DNA of 64,000 bases. Origin: Octopus bimaculoides. Its lineage: Eukaryota. The position numbers and the translations under genes were made by a program. Positions 13,270 through 25,980 of the stretch are shown here, in pieces (the stretch's first letter is position 1; each line of letters begins with the position of its first letter). The notes under the pieces were generated by a model. The model saw nothing but the letters and a program-made list of their open reading frames with translations, was not told where the DNA came from and did not search any database. The stretch covers positions 29,931,582 to 29,995,581 of the forward strand of contig NC_069000.1 in NCBI RefSeq assembly GCF_001194135.2. The letters are read 5' to 3'.

Positions 13270-13910
13270 CTCTATCTATTCTATCTGCCTAAATCAGAGT
13301 CTCCTCACTTGGAATTATCAAGCTAATGTCACACACAATGAGGTAGACTCTGCAATAACAAACTGGAGAGTATTGATCACATTGTTGCTGGCTGCTCAGT
13401 CCTCGCCCCCCACAGAATATAAAATCAGGCATGACTGAGTTGGCCAATACTTGCACTGGAGCATAAGCGGTCACTATGATATCCCGCATCCTAAGAACTG
13501 GTATGAACACCATCCAGAGCCAGTCACTGAGTGAGAGAATGTTACCATCCGATGGGATTATGAGATACATACACACAGGCAAATAAATGATAATCAACCA
13601 GACATTGTCATCAAAGACCTAAGACAAAAAACATGCCTGTTAATTGATATGACAGTGCCTACTGATAGAAACATCTCAGCAAAGGAATTTGAAAAACTCT
13701 TCAAATATAAGGACCTTGAGATTGAGATATCTAAGACGTGGCAATTAAAAACCAAAAACATCCCTATTGTTATAGGTGCCCTGGGAATGATCAAGAAAGG
13801 TACTGGCAAATTTTTTGACCAGATCCCTGGGGAAACCAACAATATATGAGACTCAAAAAATTGTGTAGACATCAACTGCCCACATTCTCAGGAAGTTTCT
13901 CTCCATTTAT
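13270..13910 (+). mobile_element. R4/Dong-clade LINE 3' fragment: zinc-knuckle remnant plus restriction-like (PD-(D/E)xK) endonuclease
   Basis: ESIDHIVAGCSVLAPTEYKIRHD*VGQYLHW...KNWYEHHPEPV...NQPDIVIKDLRQKTCLLIDMTVPTDRNISAKEFEKLFKYKDLEIEISKTWQLK...IVIGALG...TAHILRKFLSI; followed by (AAT)n at ~13966-13990. Confidence 0.88.
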
Positions 13911-13984
13911 TACATGCTTTAGGTTTCTGGTCGGAAGATGAAATAAAATGCAAATCAATTGGAAAATAATAATAATAATAATAA

Positions 13985-15190
13985 TAATAATTTCTAAGAT
14001 AGGCACAAGACTAGAAATTTGAGGTACTAGGAACAGTTGATTATATTGACCCCTGTGTTTGACTAGTACTTTATTTTATCATACCTCGAAGAATGAAAAA
14101 CACAACCACAGCGAGATTTGAACACGGGACATACACAACTTAAACAAATAACAATAGGCATTTGTCCAATGCTGTACATTGCCAATCTACCACCCATTTA
14201 ATAATAATAATGATGGCTTCAAATTTTGACACAAGGTCAGCAATTTCAGAGGACGAGTAAGCCAATTACATCAACCCCTGTGCACAACTGGTACTTATTT
14301 CCTCAGCTCTGAAAGAATGAAGGGCAAAGTCAACCTTGGCAGAATTTAAACTCAGAATGTATAAAGGCAAACAAAATGCCACCAAACATTTTGTCTGGCA
14401 TGCTAATGATTCAGCATGCTTGCTGTCTTGATGATAATAATAATGGTTTCAAATTTTGGCACAAGACCAGCAAGTTTGGGAGAAGGTTTAAGTTGATTAC
14501 ATTGACTCTGAAAGGACAAAAGACAAAGTTAACCTTAGCAGGATTTGAACTCAGAACATAAAGAATAATAATAATGATGATTTCAAACAGACACAAGGCC
14601 ATAAATTTTAGGAGATGGTGTTAATGATTTAATCCTTTTGCTACCAACATGCCTGAAACTGCCCATGGTTCTAGGATGCAAATTTCTTGTTTTATAATGA
14701 TCTTGATTATTAAACATCCATCAAAAGTTCATGTTAATTCATGTTCCAAACACCAGATAAATAATGACAAAATTATTTTACTAAATTCTTCATTATTTTC
14801 AAAATTAATTGAAACAAAGGCAGTATGTTTCAACAGAAATATGATAACGAAAGGGTTAATCAACCACATTACTTGATGACTGGGACATTGTTTTATCAAC
14901 CCCAGTCAACTTTGGCCAGATTTGAATTCAGTTCATTAGGAAATCCCAGAAACTACTTTCTCAAATACTCTTGTGATACTGCCCTCCCCTTAACAACAAC
15001 AGATACATACAAGGTCAGCAGTTTTGAGAGGATTTTGTTAGCAAATGCTGTTGAACTCAGTATGCGACTGGTACTTTATTGCTCCATGAGGGATGAAAGG
15101 CAAAGCTGACCCAGAGCAGGATTGGATCTCAAAATGTTAAAGAGCCAGAAGAAATACCACAAGGCATTTTTTTTTCCACTGCTCCAACCA
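13985..15190 (-). mobile_element. Degraded SINE family A cluster
   Basis: Several partial copies separated by (AAT)n. Confidence 0.7.
14629..14859. mobile_element. piggyBac-type MITE family 2 inserted in a SINE A copy
   Basis: TTAA|TCCTTTTGCTACC...GATAACGAAAGGG|TTAA, with imperfect TIRs and TTAA on both sides; SINE A resumes after 14859. Confidence 0.7.
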
Positions 15191-16059
15191 TTCAGTCAAA
15201 TGTGAAGAATGATTATTGACACAGACTAAAAGGTCACACATTTAGAGAGAGAGGGGAAAAGGAAGAAAGCTGCTTAAATCAACCCCTGGATGTGACTGAT
15301 ATTTATTTAATTCCTGTCTTTGGAGGAATAAAAAACAAAGTAATCCTCAAGTATGATTTGAACTTGGAAAGTAAGAGGATGTAAAGACTTGCTGCACAAA
15401 CATATAACCAAGCACTCGACTGATTCTGCCACACCACCACTCCTTGTGTATGTATATATAAGCACATACACACATGTAGCCATACATACATACATACATA
15501 CATACATAAATGCACATACACATATTTACTTATATAAGCACATACATGTGTATGTATGTGCTTATATAAGTAAATATGTGTATGTGTATTTATTTATGTA
15601 TGTATGTATGTATGTATGTATGTATGTATGTATGTATGTTTGTATGTATGTATGTTTGTATGTATGTATGTATGTATGTATGTATAGCTAAATGTGTGTA
15701 TGTGCTTCTATAAGGAAGTATATGTGTGTATGTGTACGTAACATTTTATAGAACCACCACACCCTTGTTATCATGGAAACAGGAAAGATAAAAGAAGAGA
15801 AATCTCTGCTCCCCTAAATAAAAAAAATAAAAAAAACAAAAAGAAATAGAAGTTTGTAAATGTTATATTTGGTGACTCTGCAGGAAGACTGAAGGAGTGG
15901 GGGTATTATGAAGTCAAACATACCTGTTGGACTATAAAAAGATGGTTTGTATCATTTTTTAACCAAATCTGCCACAGGGAGGTTATCAAAACATTGAATA
16001 AAAATTTGTTACAATAATATTAATATTATATATTATCATAATAATAATAATTGTTGCTC

Positions 16060-16980
16060 TTAACATTGGCATGAGGCCACAGAATTTAAGGGCAAGGAGT
16101 TATAATTGATCTCCCTCCCACCCACTCACTCAACACTTGATGAGTATTTTATTTTATCAACCCCTTTCACTCTAGAGGTATGGAAAGCAAAATCAACCTT
16201 GTTGAAATTTGAACTCAGAACACAGCGGTGTCAATAAATACACAAGGCATTTTACCTACCAGTCTACATGTTCTGCCATCCCGCCACAATTATTATGATG
16301 ATTTCTAATTATAATCACTATGCCACAAATTTTGAGAGAGAGGCATTGTTGATGACAGCAACGCCAGTATTTCACTGGTATTTTATTTTATCAACCCCAA
16401 GGAGGATGAAAAACAAAGCTGACCTTGGTGAGATTTCAACTCAGGGTGTAAACAATTATTGTAAAGCATTTGCTCGTTGTTTTACCAAATATGCAATTCT
16501 ATCACCTTTATGATGATAATAATAATAATCTTTTCTACTCTAAGTACAAGGCCCAAAATTTGGGAGGAAGGGGCCAGTTAATTAGATTGACTCCAGTATA
16601 CAACTGGTACTTAATTTCTCGACCCTGAAAAGATGCGAGGCAAAATCGACCTTGGCAGAATTTGAATTCAGAACGTAAAGACAGACGAAATGCCACTAAA
16701 CATTTTGCCCGGCATGCTAACGTTTCTGCCAGCTCACCACCTTAATAATAATTATAATGATAATGGTTTCAAATTTTAACACAAGGCCAGCAGGTTTGGG
16801 GGAGGGGCTAAGTCGATTAACTCAACCCTAGTGTTCTACTGATACTTATTTCATTGACCCTGAAAGGATGAAAGTAAAGCTGGCCTTGGCAGAATTGGAA
16901 CTCAGAACATAAAGACAAATGAAATGCTGCTAAGCAATTTGTAAATGCAAGTTAACAATTGTGCAAGCTCATCATCTCAT
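16060..16980 (-). mobile_element. SINE family A tandem array (4 copies)
   Basis: Head-to-tail copies, each separated by aataat tracts. Confidence 0.85.
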
Positions 16981-18020
16981 AATGATAATGTCTTCTTTAA
17001 TAACTACAAAAAGTTAATATAATAATAATAATAATAATAATAATACCTTACCCAAGATGCCACAATGGAATTGAACCCAAGATCACTTGGTTTTGAAGTG
17101 AACTTCTTGAAAACCATTCAGAGTTCAAATCATACACATGTTGATTACCCAACAAGGTGAAAATTTCTAAAATAGTCAAATAAAGTACCAGTCAAGTTCT
17201 GGGATTGATGTACTCAGTTAACCAACCCTTCAAACTCTTTATGTTCTGCGTTCAAATCTCACTGAAGTCAACTTTGCCTTTCATCCCACCATGGCCAATA
17301 AAATAAAGAACCAATCAATTATTGGGGGTCAATGTCAATGATTAGCTCCAACCCACAAATTTCTGGCCTTGTGTTTGTGTCTCCACTATTGGGGACTTTT
17401 TCCTTGTCATTTCTATGGGTTTTTAACTTTTTAATTTTATGTAACCCCACACTGTGCTATATTCCATCACTTTGTTGCCTCCAGTGTCTTAGCCCTTTTA
17501 ACCTGTAAAGAAATTGTCTTAATAGTCGGTGGAATCATGAGTGTATCAGTGAAAATGCCTTGCAACATTTTTTCTGGCCCTTTATGCATTGAATTCAAAT
17601 TCCACTGAGGTCATCCTTTTCGGGTTGATAAGATAAAGTACCAGTTAAATATTAGGGTAGTGAGGTTGAGGCAATTGACTTTCCCCTGCTCTCAAAATTG
17701 CTGGCCTTGTGCCAAATGTTAGAACAAAATATTATTATTAGCTTGCAGTTTCTGAAATAAAAGAGAGCCCAGATGAATGTCAGGTGTGAAAAGGTAAGAC
17801 AAAGTTTATAGTACAGAATTAATTACAAAGAGGTAGTGGGGTAGGTAGGGGCTGACAACACAAACAAATACCCTGCTCATGTTATCTTGTCCACCATAGA
17901 CCCAAGCACCACAGCCACAGCATGGTAATGGGGTGAGAGGCAGGAAGATTGCAAAGGTGATGCCTCAAAAAGGGAAGAACATAGTTATGCATGCATATAC
18001 ATACATACATACATACATAC

Positions 18021-18055
<35 letters not shown>

Positions 18056-18809
18056 GCACACACACACACACACACACAAGTGGGTTTGTGCTTTTGGATC
18101 TTAAATTAGGGCTTATAAGATTTTATATATATAATTTTCAAACAGCTGTTGTTGATAAAAAGGATAGAGAGAGAGGAATATATGGGTAGTAGCTGCACTG
18201 CCAGAATCCACAAGGTGTAGGCACCATACCCCAACAGGGTGAGGTGCCTACAATTCAGTACATTCAGGTTGTAGCCTTAATTTTCAACACTTGCTCTTGT
18301 CGCTAATACCACCAAAAATGGTACTTTCTGACAGTACCCTGATTGTACTTCCACCCTGTCATGTTAACACTTAACTGCATAATTTGGACAAATGAGTAGA
18401 AAAGAATAAGTTAGTGTGTGTGTTATTTAGTTTCAGGTTAGGTCTCATTGAACAGGCATGAAACAAAGACATTCATTGCAACTGTGATAAATTTTTTTTC
18501 ATATATCGCCCCATGTCTGCTTTAAAAAATTTCAAATAGAAGGTTGTGGTTTCATGGTGCTTTAGCTGCTATTTCTAGCAAGTCAAATGACTACACAGAG
18601 ACTTTCTAGTGGGCTCAAGCATGTGTGTGTGAACTTTTGAGCAAAGAGAAAATCCATTAATGCAGTATAGTGTAGAAGAATTGACAGAATTGCTAGAGTC
18701 AGAAAGCTTTGCAGTATTTATTGGGACTCTTGGCATTCTAAATTCAGATTCTTCCTTGTAATTCATATCTCATTGAAAGCCAGGAACAATCACCAGAGTA
18801 CAGGATTAT

Positions 18810-19050
18810 CATATCATTCAATGTCCATTTTCCATGCTAGCATGGGATGGATGGCTTGACAGGAACTGGCAAGGTCAGGAAGCCATGCCTGGTTCTATAG
18901 TCTGTTTTGGCCTGGTTTCTACGGCTAATACACTTCCTAACACTAACCACTTTACAGGGTGTACTGGGTGCTTTTTGCATGGCACCAGCATCAGTGCTTT
19001 TTATATGGCACTAGCACCCACACCAATGCTTTTTATATGGCCCTTTGGTT
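18810..19050 (-). mobile_element. RTE 3'-end-derived short element. Similar pieces: 30255-30391 (-), 38530-38880 (-), 42740-42990 (+)
   Basis: Shares the 3' terminus (ccatgctagcatggg...ggatgcccttcc) and (GAT)n tail with the RTE at 19150. Confidence 0.7.
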
Positions 19051-19149
19051 TTAGGATCTCAATTCTTGAGTATAGCAATGGACTACTACAAAAGCTGCTA
19101 TGGGGGACAGAAGACAGAAGCTGATTACTGCTGCAGTCAAACTATAAGA

Positions 19150-20765
19150 ATATTCATCATCACCATCATCATCATCGTTTAACGTCCGCTTTCCATGCTG
19201 GCATTGGTTGGACGATTTGACTAAGGACTGGCAAACCAGATGGCTGCACCAAGCTCCAATCTGATCTGGTAGAGTTTCTACAGCTGGATGCCCTTCCTAA
19301 CGCCAACCATTCCAAGAGTGTAGTGGGTTCTTTTACGTGTCACCAGCATGAGGGCCAGTCAGGTGGTACTGGTAACGGCCACACTCAAATGGTGTTTTTT
19401 ACGTGCCACCTGCACAGGAGCCAGTCCAGCAGCACTGGCAACGAACCTCACTCAAATATTTTTTAACATGCCAGTAAGGCGATGCTGGTAACGATCACAC
19501 TCGAATGGTGCTTTTTATGTGCCACCAGCATGGAAGCCAGTCAGCTGCCCTGGCAACAATTACACTCAGATGGTGCTCTTAATGCTCCACTAGCATGGAT
19601 GCCAGTCATCGAATTTGATTTCGATTTCACTTACCTCAACAGGTCTTTGCAAGCAGAGTTTAGCGTTCAGTGAAGGAAAGGTACGCATAAGTGACCTATG
19701 CCATAACCCTTGGCATAGGCCATGGGTTCACTTGGCTTGCTGGGTCTTCTCAAGCACAGCATATTTCCAAAGGTCTTGGTCACTAGTCATTGCCTCGGTG
19801 AGGCCTAATGTTCAAAGGTTGTGCTTCACCACCTCATCCCAGGTCTTCCTGGGTCTACCTCTTCCACAGGTTCCCTCAACATCTAGGGTGTGGCACTTTT
19901 TCACACAGCTATCCTCATCCATTCTTGCCACATGACCATACCAGCGTAGTCGTCTCTCTTGCACACCACATCTGATCCTTCTTAGGTCCAACTTTTCTCT
20001 CAAGGTACTTACACTCTGTTGAGTATGCACACTGACATTACACATCCAGCGGAGCATACTGGCTTCATTCCTTGCGAGCTTACGCAGTCAAGGCCCATGT
20101 TTCACTGCCATGTAGCATGGCTGTTCGTACACATGAGTCATACAGTCTACCTTTTACTCTTAGCGAGAGGCCCTTTGTCGCCAGCAGAGGTAACAGCTCT
20201 CTGAACCTTGCCCAGGCTATTCTTATTCTAGCAGCTACACTTTCAGTGCACCCTCCCCCATTACTGACTTGGTCACCTAGGTAATGGAAGCTATCAACTA
20301 CTTCTAGTTTTTCTCTCTGGAATGTGACAGAAGCTGTTTTCTGCACATTTTCAGTGTTTATTGCTCCTGAGCATCTGCTACATACAAATACTATCTTCTC
20401 AGTTAGCCTTCCTTTGATATTGCTGTACCTCTTATGTGTCCATGGCTTACACTGGGTACATTTTATAGAGTTTCTACCTATGCCTTTTCTACAGATTGAG
20501 CAGGGCCATCTACCTGAAGGGATTTGTGGTTTGTCTGACTTCCTACCTATTAGGACTTTGGTTTTAGCTAGGTTGATTCTAAGGCCCTTCAATTCTAATC
20601 CTTGCTTCCACACCTAAAACTTCTCCTCTCGTTCTGATAGTGAATCAGCAATTAGTGCAAGGTCGTCAGCATAGAGGAGCTTCCAGGGGCATCCTGTCTT
20701 GAATTCCTCTGCTATTGCCTGGAGGACTATGATAAATAGGAGGGGGCTGAGGATTGAACGTTGGA
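19150..20765 (-). mobile_element. 5'-truncated RTE LINE (RT C-terminal half, 3' UTR with internal repeats, (GAT)n tail), frameshifted
   Basis: LSPLLFIIVLQAIAEEFKTGCPWKLLYADDL; VVDSFHYLGDQ; MLRWMCNVS...RRLRWYGHVARMDEDSCVKKC...GRGRPRKTW. Confidence 0.93.
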
Positions 20766-20997
20766 AGTTTAGGATAATGTAGTGCATAGTACAATGTAGT
20801 GTAGTGTAGTGAATGTAGTTGTTGTTTAGTCTGGCTACCATTGCTATCAAATTGAGTAACCACATAGAGGCTTCAAACGGACTGAGTAGATTTGATGAAA
20901 GGCATTAATCCTGACCATCTCTTTATTTTTCTGAGCTGTTAGTTGTGAAGAGGGAAATTTGGCTACTGTTTCTAGCAGATCATGTGACCATGTAAAT

Positions 20998-21235
20998 CAG
21001 TGGTTCTCAACTGGGGTCCACATGGTCCTTGGGAGTCTATATAAGATTTTGTTAAAATTTATTTGCAATAAATTGGTTATACTTCTACAATACACAAAAT
21101 ATTCCAACAATTTTTTTAGTACAATTCCTATTGTATATTTATAATTATATTTATGATTATAAATATACAATGGGATCTTTTTAAAACTTTGGGAGTCTAG
21201 TAGAGTAAAATAGGAATTAAAGGGACCTGCAAGCA
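20998..21235. mobile_element. hAT-type MITE (CAGTGGTTCTCAAC terminus); related inverted copy at ~43440-43617
   Basis: The terminal motif is typical of hAT/Charlie elements. The internal sequence is shared with the 43440 copy, which ends ttgagaaccgct. Confidence 0.6.
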
Positions 21236-21576
21236 AAAAATGTAAATGATCTTGTAAATGATCTGACGTAAATGTTCTTGTGTTAACTTAAGGGAATATA
21301 ATGAAACACAGTGTTAAGTTTAGTGATAGTGCAGGGCTGCCATACATTGCAATATACAGATTGGAGATTGCTGCACATTAAAANNNNNNNNNNNNNNNNN
21401 NNNNNNNNNNNNNNNNNNNNNNNNNNNNNNNNNNNNNNNNNNNNNNNNNNNNNNNNNNNNNNNNNNNNNNNNNNNNNNNNNNNNNNNNNNNNNNNNNNNN
21501 NNNNNNNNNNNNNNNNNNNNNNNNNNNNNNNNNNNNNNNNNNNNNNNNNNNNNNNNNNNNNNNNNNNNNNNNNNNN

Positions 21577-21607
<31 letters not shown>

Positions 21608-22038
21608 CGTATACATATATATACGATGGGCTTCTTTCAGTTTCCGTCTACCAAATCCACTCACAAGGCTTTGGTTGGCCCAAGGCTATATAGTAGAAGA
21701 CACTTGCCCAAGGTGCCATGCAGTGGGACTGAACCTGGAACCATGTGGTTTGTAAGCAAGCTACTTACCATATAACCACTCCTACGCCTATATTTATAAT
21801 TATATTTATGATTATAAATATACAATGGGATCTTTTTAAAACTTTGGGAGTCTAGTAGAGTAAAATAGGAATTAAAGGGACCTGCAAGCAAAAAATGTAA
21901 ATGATCTTGTAAATGATCTGACGTAAATGTTCTTGTGTTAACTTAAGGGAATATAATGAAACACAGTGTTAAGTTTAGTGATAGTGCAGGGCTGCCATAC
22001 ATTGCAATATACAGATTGGAGATTGCTGCACATTAAAA
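21134..22038. repeat. Exact 250-bp direct duplication (21134-21383 = 21789-22038) flanking an N-gap and a SINE B head
   Basis: Identical text at offset 655. Confidence 0.92.
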
Positions 22039-23436
22039 GATGGAATTAAAATACACACCTCCTCCTATATTCCAAAAGAGATTTTAAAAGACAGTCCTCA
22101 ATTTTTGATTCAGTGGTGTGAAGTGGGTGAGAGACAAACGCCTGTTTCTGGGTAGGATGCTAGTCTATCATGGGAGGCATTCCTTACTGATCTATTTGCA
22201 GCTAATGTAGGTTTTAGTATTTTACCAAGAAGCACAACACAAGGCTTGATGTGAGCCATCTTACCTCTAAATCCATGTCAATCTCACCAGTCACAGAGAG
22301 TCTGTAAAGATCGTGGATACACCCCTTCTTCCAGACCAACCAACACACCAGGACTTATGAAAATATATATATATATATGACAAACAGAAAATAGCACTAC
22401 TAGGCACACCACACATCCTATATAAAGCACTTTCATTGCAGTGAAAATAGCAGCACCCAAAACAAACTACAGCACATACTCAAGGCACACAGAGCTGCAC
22501 TTAGTTGTGCAGTGAAAGCATGTGATAAAAATAAGACTACTGAATAATAATGATGATGATGATGATGATGATGATGATAATCCTTTCTACTATAGGCACA
22601 AGGCCAGTAATTTTGGGGAAGGATGCTAGTTGATTACATCGACCCCAGTGTTCAACTGGTACTTAATTTATTGAGCCCCGAAAGGATGAAAAGCAAAGTT
22701 GACCTTGGTGGAATTTGAACCTAGAATGTGCAGACAGATGAAATGCTGCTAAGCATTTTGCTTGGCATGCTAACAATTCTGCCATCTCGCTGCCTATTAA
22801 TCAAAGGATGGCTGTGTGAAGGCGTAGTCTGATGGGTGTGTATGGGTATGGTCTGATAGTTAAAGTAGGTGTGGTCTGATGGCTAGTTGTGGGTATTATC
22901 TGCTTATGTGGGTATGGTTTGATGGCTCAATGTGGGATGATGGGATGATCTGATGACTAGTGTAGAAGGTATTGTCTATTGACTGTATGTAGGTATATCC
23001 TGTTGGCGTCATGTGCACATGATTTCATGGCTTTATGCACAGTCAAAACCCCCTAAACTTCAATTCTGTGAGAGCTGACTAGAGATCAAACCCTTTAGCA
23101 TTCAGATTATTTTGTCAAATGTAATGCTTATTTATTCACATTGCTTTGAATTAATCATGAATTGTACCATGAAAATTTTGATGATGATATGATTATTTTT
23201 AGAACGACATTGTAGGGTAGGTGTAAAAGGCAAGATCTTACCATAAAGCAGGTAGAATATTTTGGCTGGATACAGCTGGTTTGAATGCTAAAGGGTTAAA
23301 TCTGAAAAGCTTGTTTCCAGGGCATCTGTGTAGTGTTAAGGTCTCACCAGAATTTTTTCACAGAACCCTGGCTCCCCATGGGTAAGAGCTGATGAATGTT
23401 TGTGGGTAAGGACTGAGACAGTCATTTAAGATATTG

Positions 23437-23622
23437 GCTTCAAATTTTTGTACAAGGCCAGCAAGTTTAGGGAAGGGGTTAAGTTAATTCCATCGACCCC
23501 AGTACTCAACTGGTACTTATTTTATTGACCTCAGTGGAATTTGAACTCAGAATGCAAAAATGGATGAAATGCTGTTGAGCATTTTGCCAAGTGTGCTCAT
23601 GATTCTGCCAACTTGCCACCTT
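23437..23622 (-). mobile_element. Single SINE family A copy with a 20-bp target-site duplication
   Basis: gacagtcatttaagatattg (23417-23436) and gactgtcatttaagatattg (23623-23642). Confidence 0.8.
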
Positions 23623-24759
23623 GACTGTCATTTAAGATATTGATCATCGAAAGGGGTGAAAAAAAATCCTTTATGTTCTAGAGCAGTAGTTCCTAAACAT
23701 TTTTTTGTCTCAGAATCCATCTATACATTTTATCTGCAACTCCTACCACCATAATTTTAATAAGACATTAAATGAAACAAAAATTATTTTAGAATGAGAA
23801 TTTATTAATATCAAGAAAAAAAAAAATCTTTTAGTGAACAGCATTTTTTTTTTTTAATATTGTTTTTATCAAACAACATCTTATCTCATGAAACATCAGA
23901 ATTTTTTCACAGAACCCTGGAGTTGTTTGGAACCTACTTTGGGAAATTCTGTTGTTGCCAACACCACTATTACCAACACCCAGTGCTAGAACCCTACTGA
24001 GTAAATAGTATGACTCATGATTAAGTAATATCACAGTCACTACCAACAACACTATAAACATTAGTACCAACACCACACAACCAGCCATTGACATCAATCA
24101 TGACTATAGTCACCAGTAACACACCACCCATCACTACCACCACCTCCATCATGACCAACCACCACAACATATGACCAAACATCACTTACATCACCCATCA
24201 TTATCATCATCACTAACAGTTCAATCCAGAAGCACCTACAAGTAGCCTATTTCTATACAGCAAGAACTCATAAACCATGAAAAGTTGTAGAAAAAAAACA
24301 CAAAAAAACTGGGGCATCAGCAACCATGATAACTTAGTAGTGACAGCAGCAGTGGTGGGAATAACGCAGCCATACTATGTCTGGATATTAGATACCACCA
24401 ACCTCTCTCTTTCTCTCTCAAGATACATACATGTATGCGTGTGTGTGTGTGTCAGTATAAATCTATATCTCTCTCTACATAAAATGAAATCTTGCTTGCA
24501 CGCATGTGATGCAAAAGTTACATCTATTTCTGAGGTGTTTTGATAAATATATTTTTGGACATCTAAAAAGGTAAAAAAAAAAAACACTTAGATTACGACA
24601 ATGATAATAAAGATGATGATAAAGTTGAAGATGATACAATACAGAATACACATGGACATAATAAATGAAATATATAAAAAAATAAATAACGGTTAGTTTA
24701 AAAAAAAAAGAGTATGGGACACACCCATGAGCAATAACAACAACAATACTGACAACGAA

Positions 24760-25416
24760 GACAAAGATTTCTAATCTTGGCACAAGGCCATACAGTTGGG
24801 GGTGGAGATAGATGAAGGTGTATCACAGTTGATGAATCAACTCAGTATATTTCGGGTGTTGCATTATCAACCATGAATACGGTGAGGCTGACACGATGGA
24901 ATTTAAATTTAGAAAGCAAAAGGACATAAGACTGCAAGTTATTTAATGTATTAATTAACAGTCTACCATCAACTGCCCTTTTGGTTTCAAACTTATCAAC
25001 AGAAACACAATTTTGGGAGAGGAAACAGTTGATTAAATCTATCCCAATACTTTGGTACCTATTTTATCTACTCTGGTCCTTATTTATCTTCTCAGTTTCA
25101 TGAGGATGAAAGGCAAACTTGACCAAGTTGACTGCAAAATCTAACTTAACACTACAAGGCATTTAATTTGTATTTCCACTAACTTTGCTAGCCACTTTAC
25201 AATAATAATTCTTTCTAATTTTGGTACAAGGCCAGCAATTTTAGGGGAGGAGTAAGTCAATTATATCAACCCCAGTTCTTCCTTGATTGGTATCTACTTT
25301 ATTGACCCTAAGAGGACAGGCAAAGTTGAACTTGGCAAAATCTGAACTCAAGAGCCAGAAGGATATGGTGCTAACCATTTTATTCGACGTGCTAACAATT
25401 CTGCCAACTCACTGCT

Positions 25417-25451
<35 letters not shown>

Positions 25452-25980
25452 CCTTTCTATTATAGGCACAAGGCCTGAAATTTTGGGGGATTAGTTGATT
25501 ACATTTACCCCAGTGCTTGACTGGTACTTACTTTATTGACCCTGAAGGATGAAAGTCAAAGTTGACCGTGGCAGAATTTGAACTCATAACATAAAGACGG
25601 ATGAAATGCTGCTTAACATTTTGTCCAGCATGCTAATGATTCTACCAGCTCACCGCCTTTAATAATTCCTTCTAAATTTGGCACAAGACCTGAAATTCTG
25701 AGGGGAGGGTGAAGTTGATTATATTGACCCCAGTGTTCAACTGGTACTTATTTTATTGACCCTGAAAAGATGAAAGGCAAAGTCAACCTCGGTGGAATTT
25801 GAACTCAGAACAAAGAACCAGAAGAAATGCTACTGAGAATGTGGTCCAACACACTAATGATACTGCAAGTAATGACAATAATTTCTAATATAGGCACAGG
25901 CAGAAATTTGAGGGGAGGAAATCAGTTAATTACATTGACACCAGTACTTGACAAGTGTTTTTATTTTACTGATTCTTGAA
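24760..25980 (-). mobile_element. SINE family A tandem array (~6 copies)
   Basis: Co-oriented copies separated by (AAT)n. Confidence 0.8.

Noticed and set aside
22265-22301. 37-nt minus-strand segment between tttacag and gtaaga
   Set aside because: No kinesin similarity and a frameshifting length.
23345-23920. ~26-bp direct repeat cagaattttttcacagaaccctgg at ~23347 and ~23894
   Set aside because: Probably pieces of a degraded hAT-like MITE; no clear structure.
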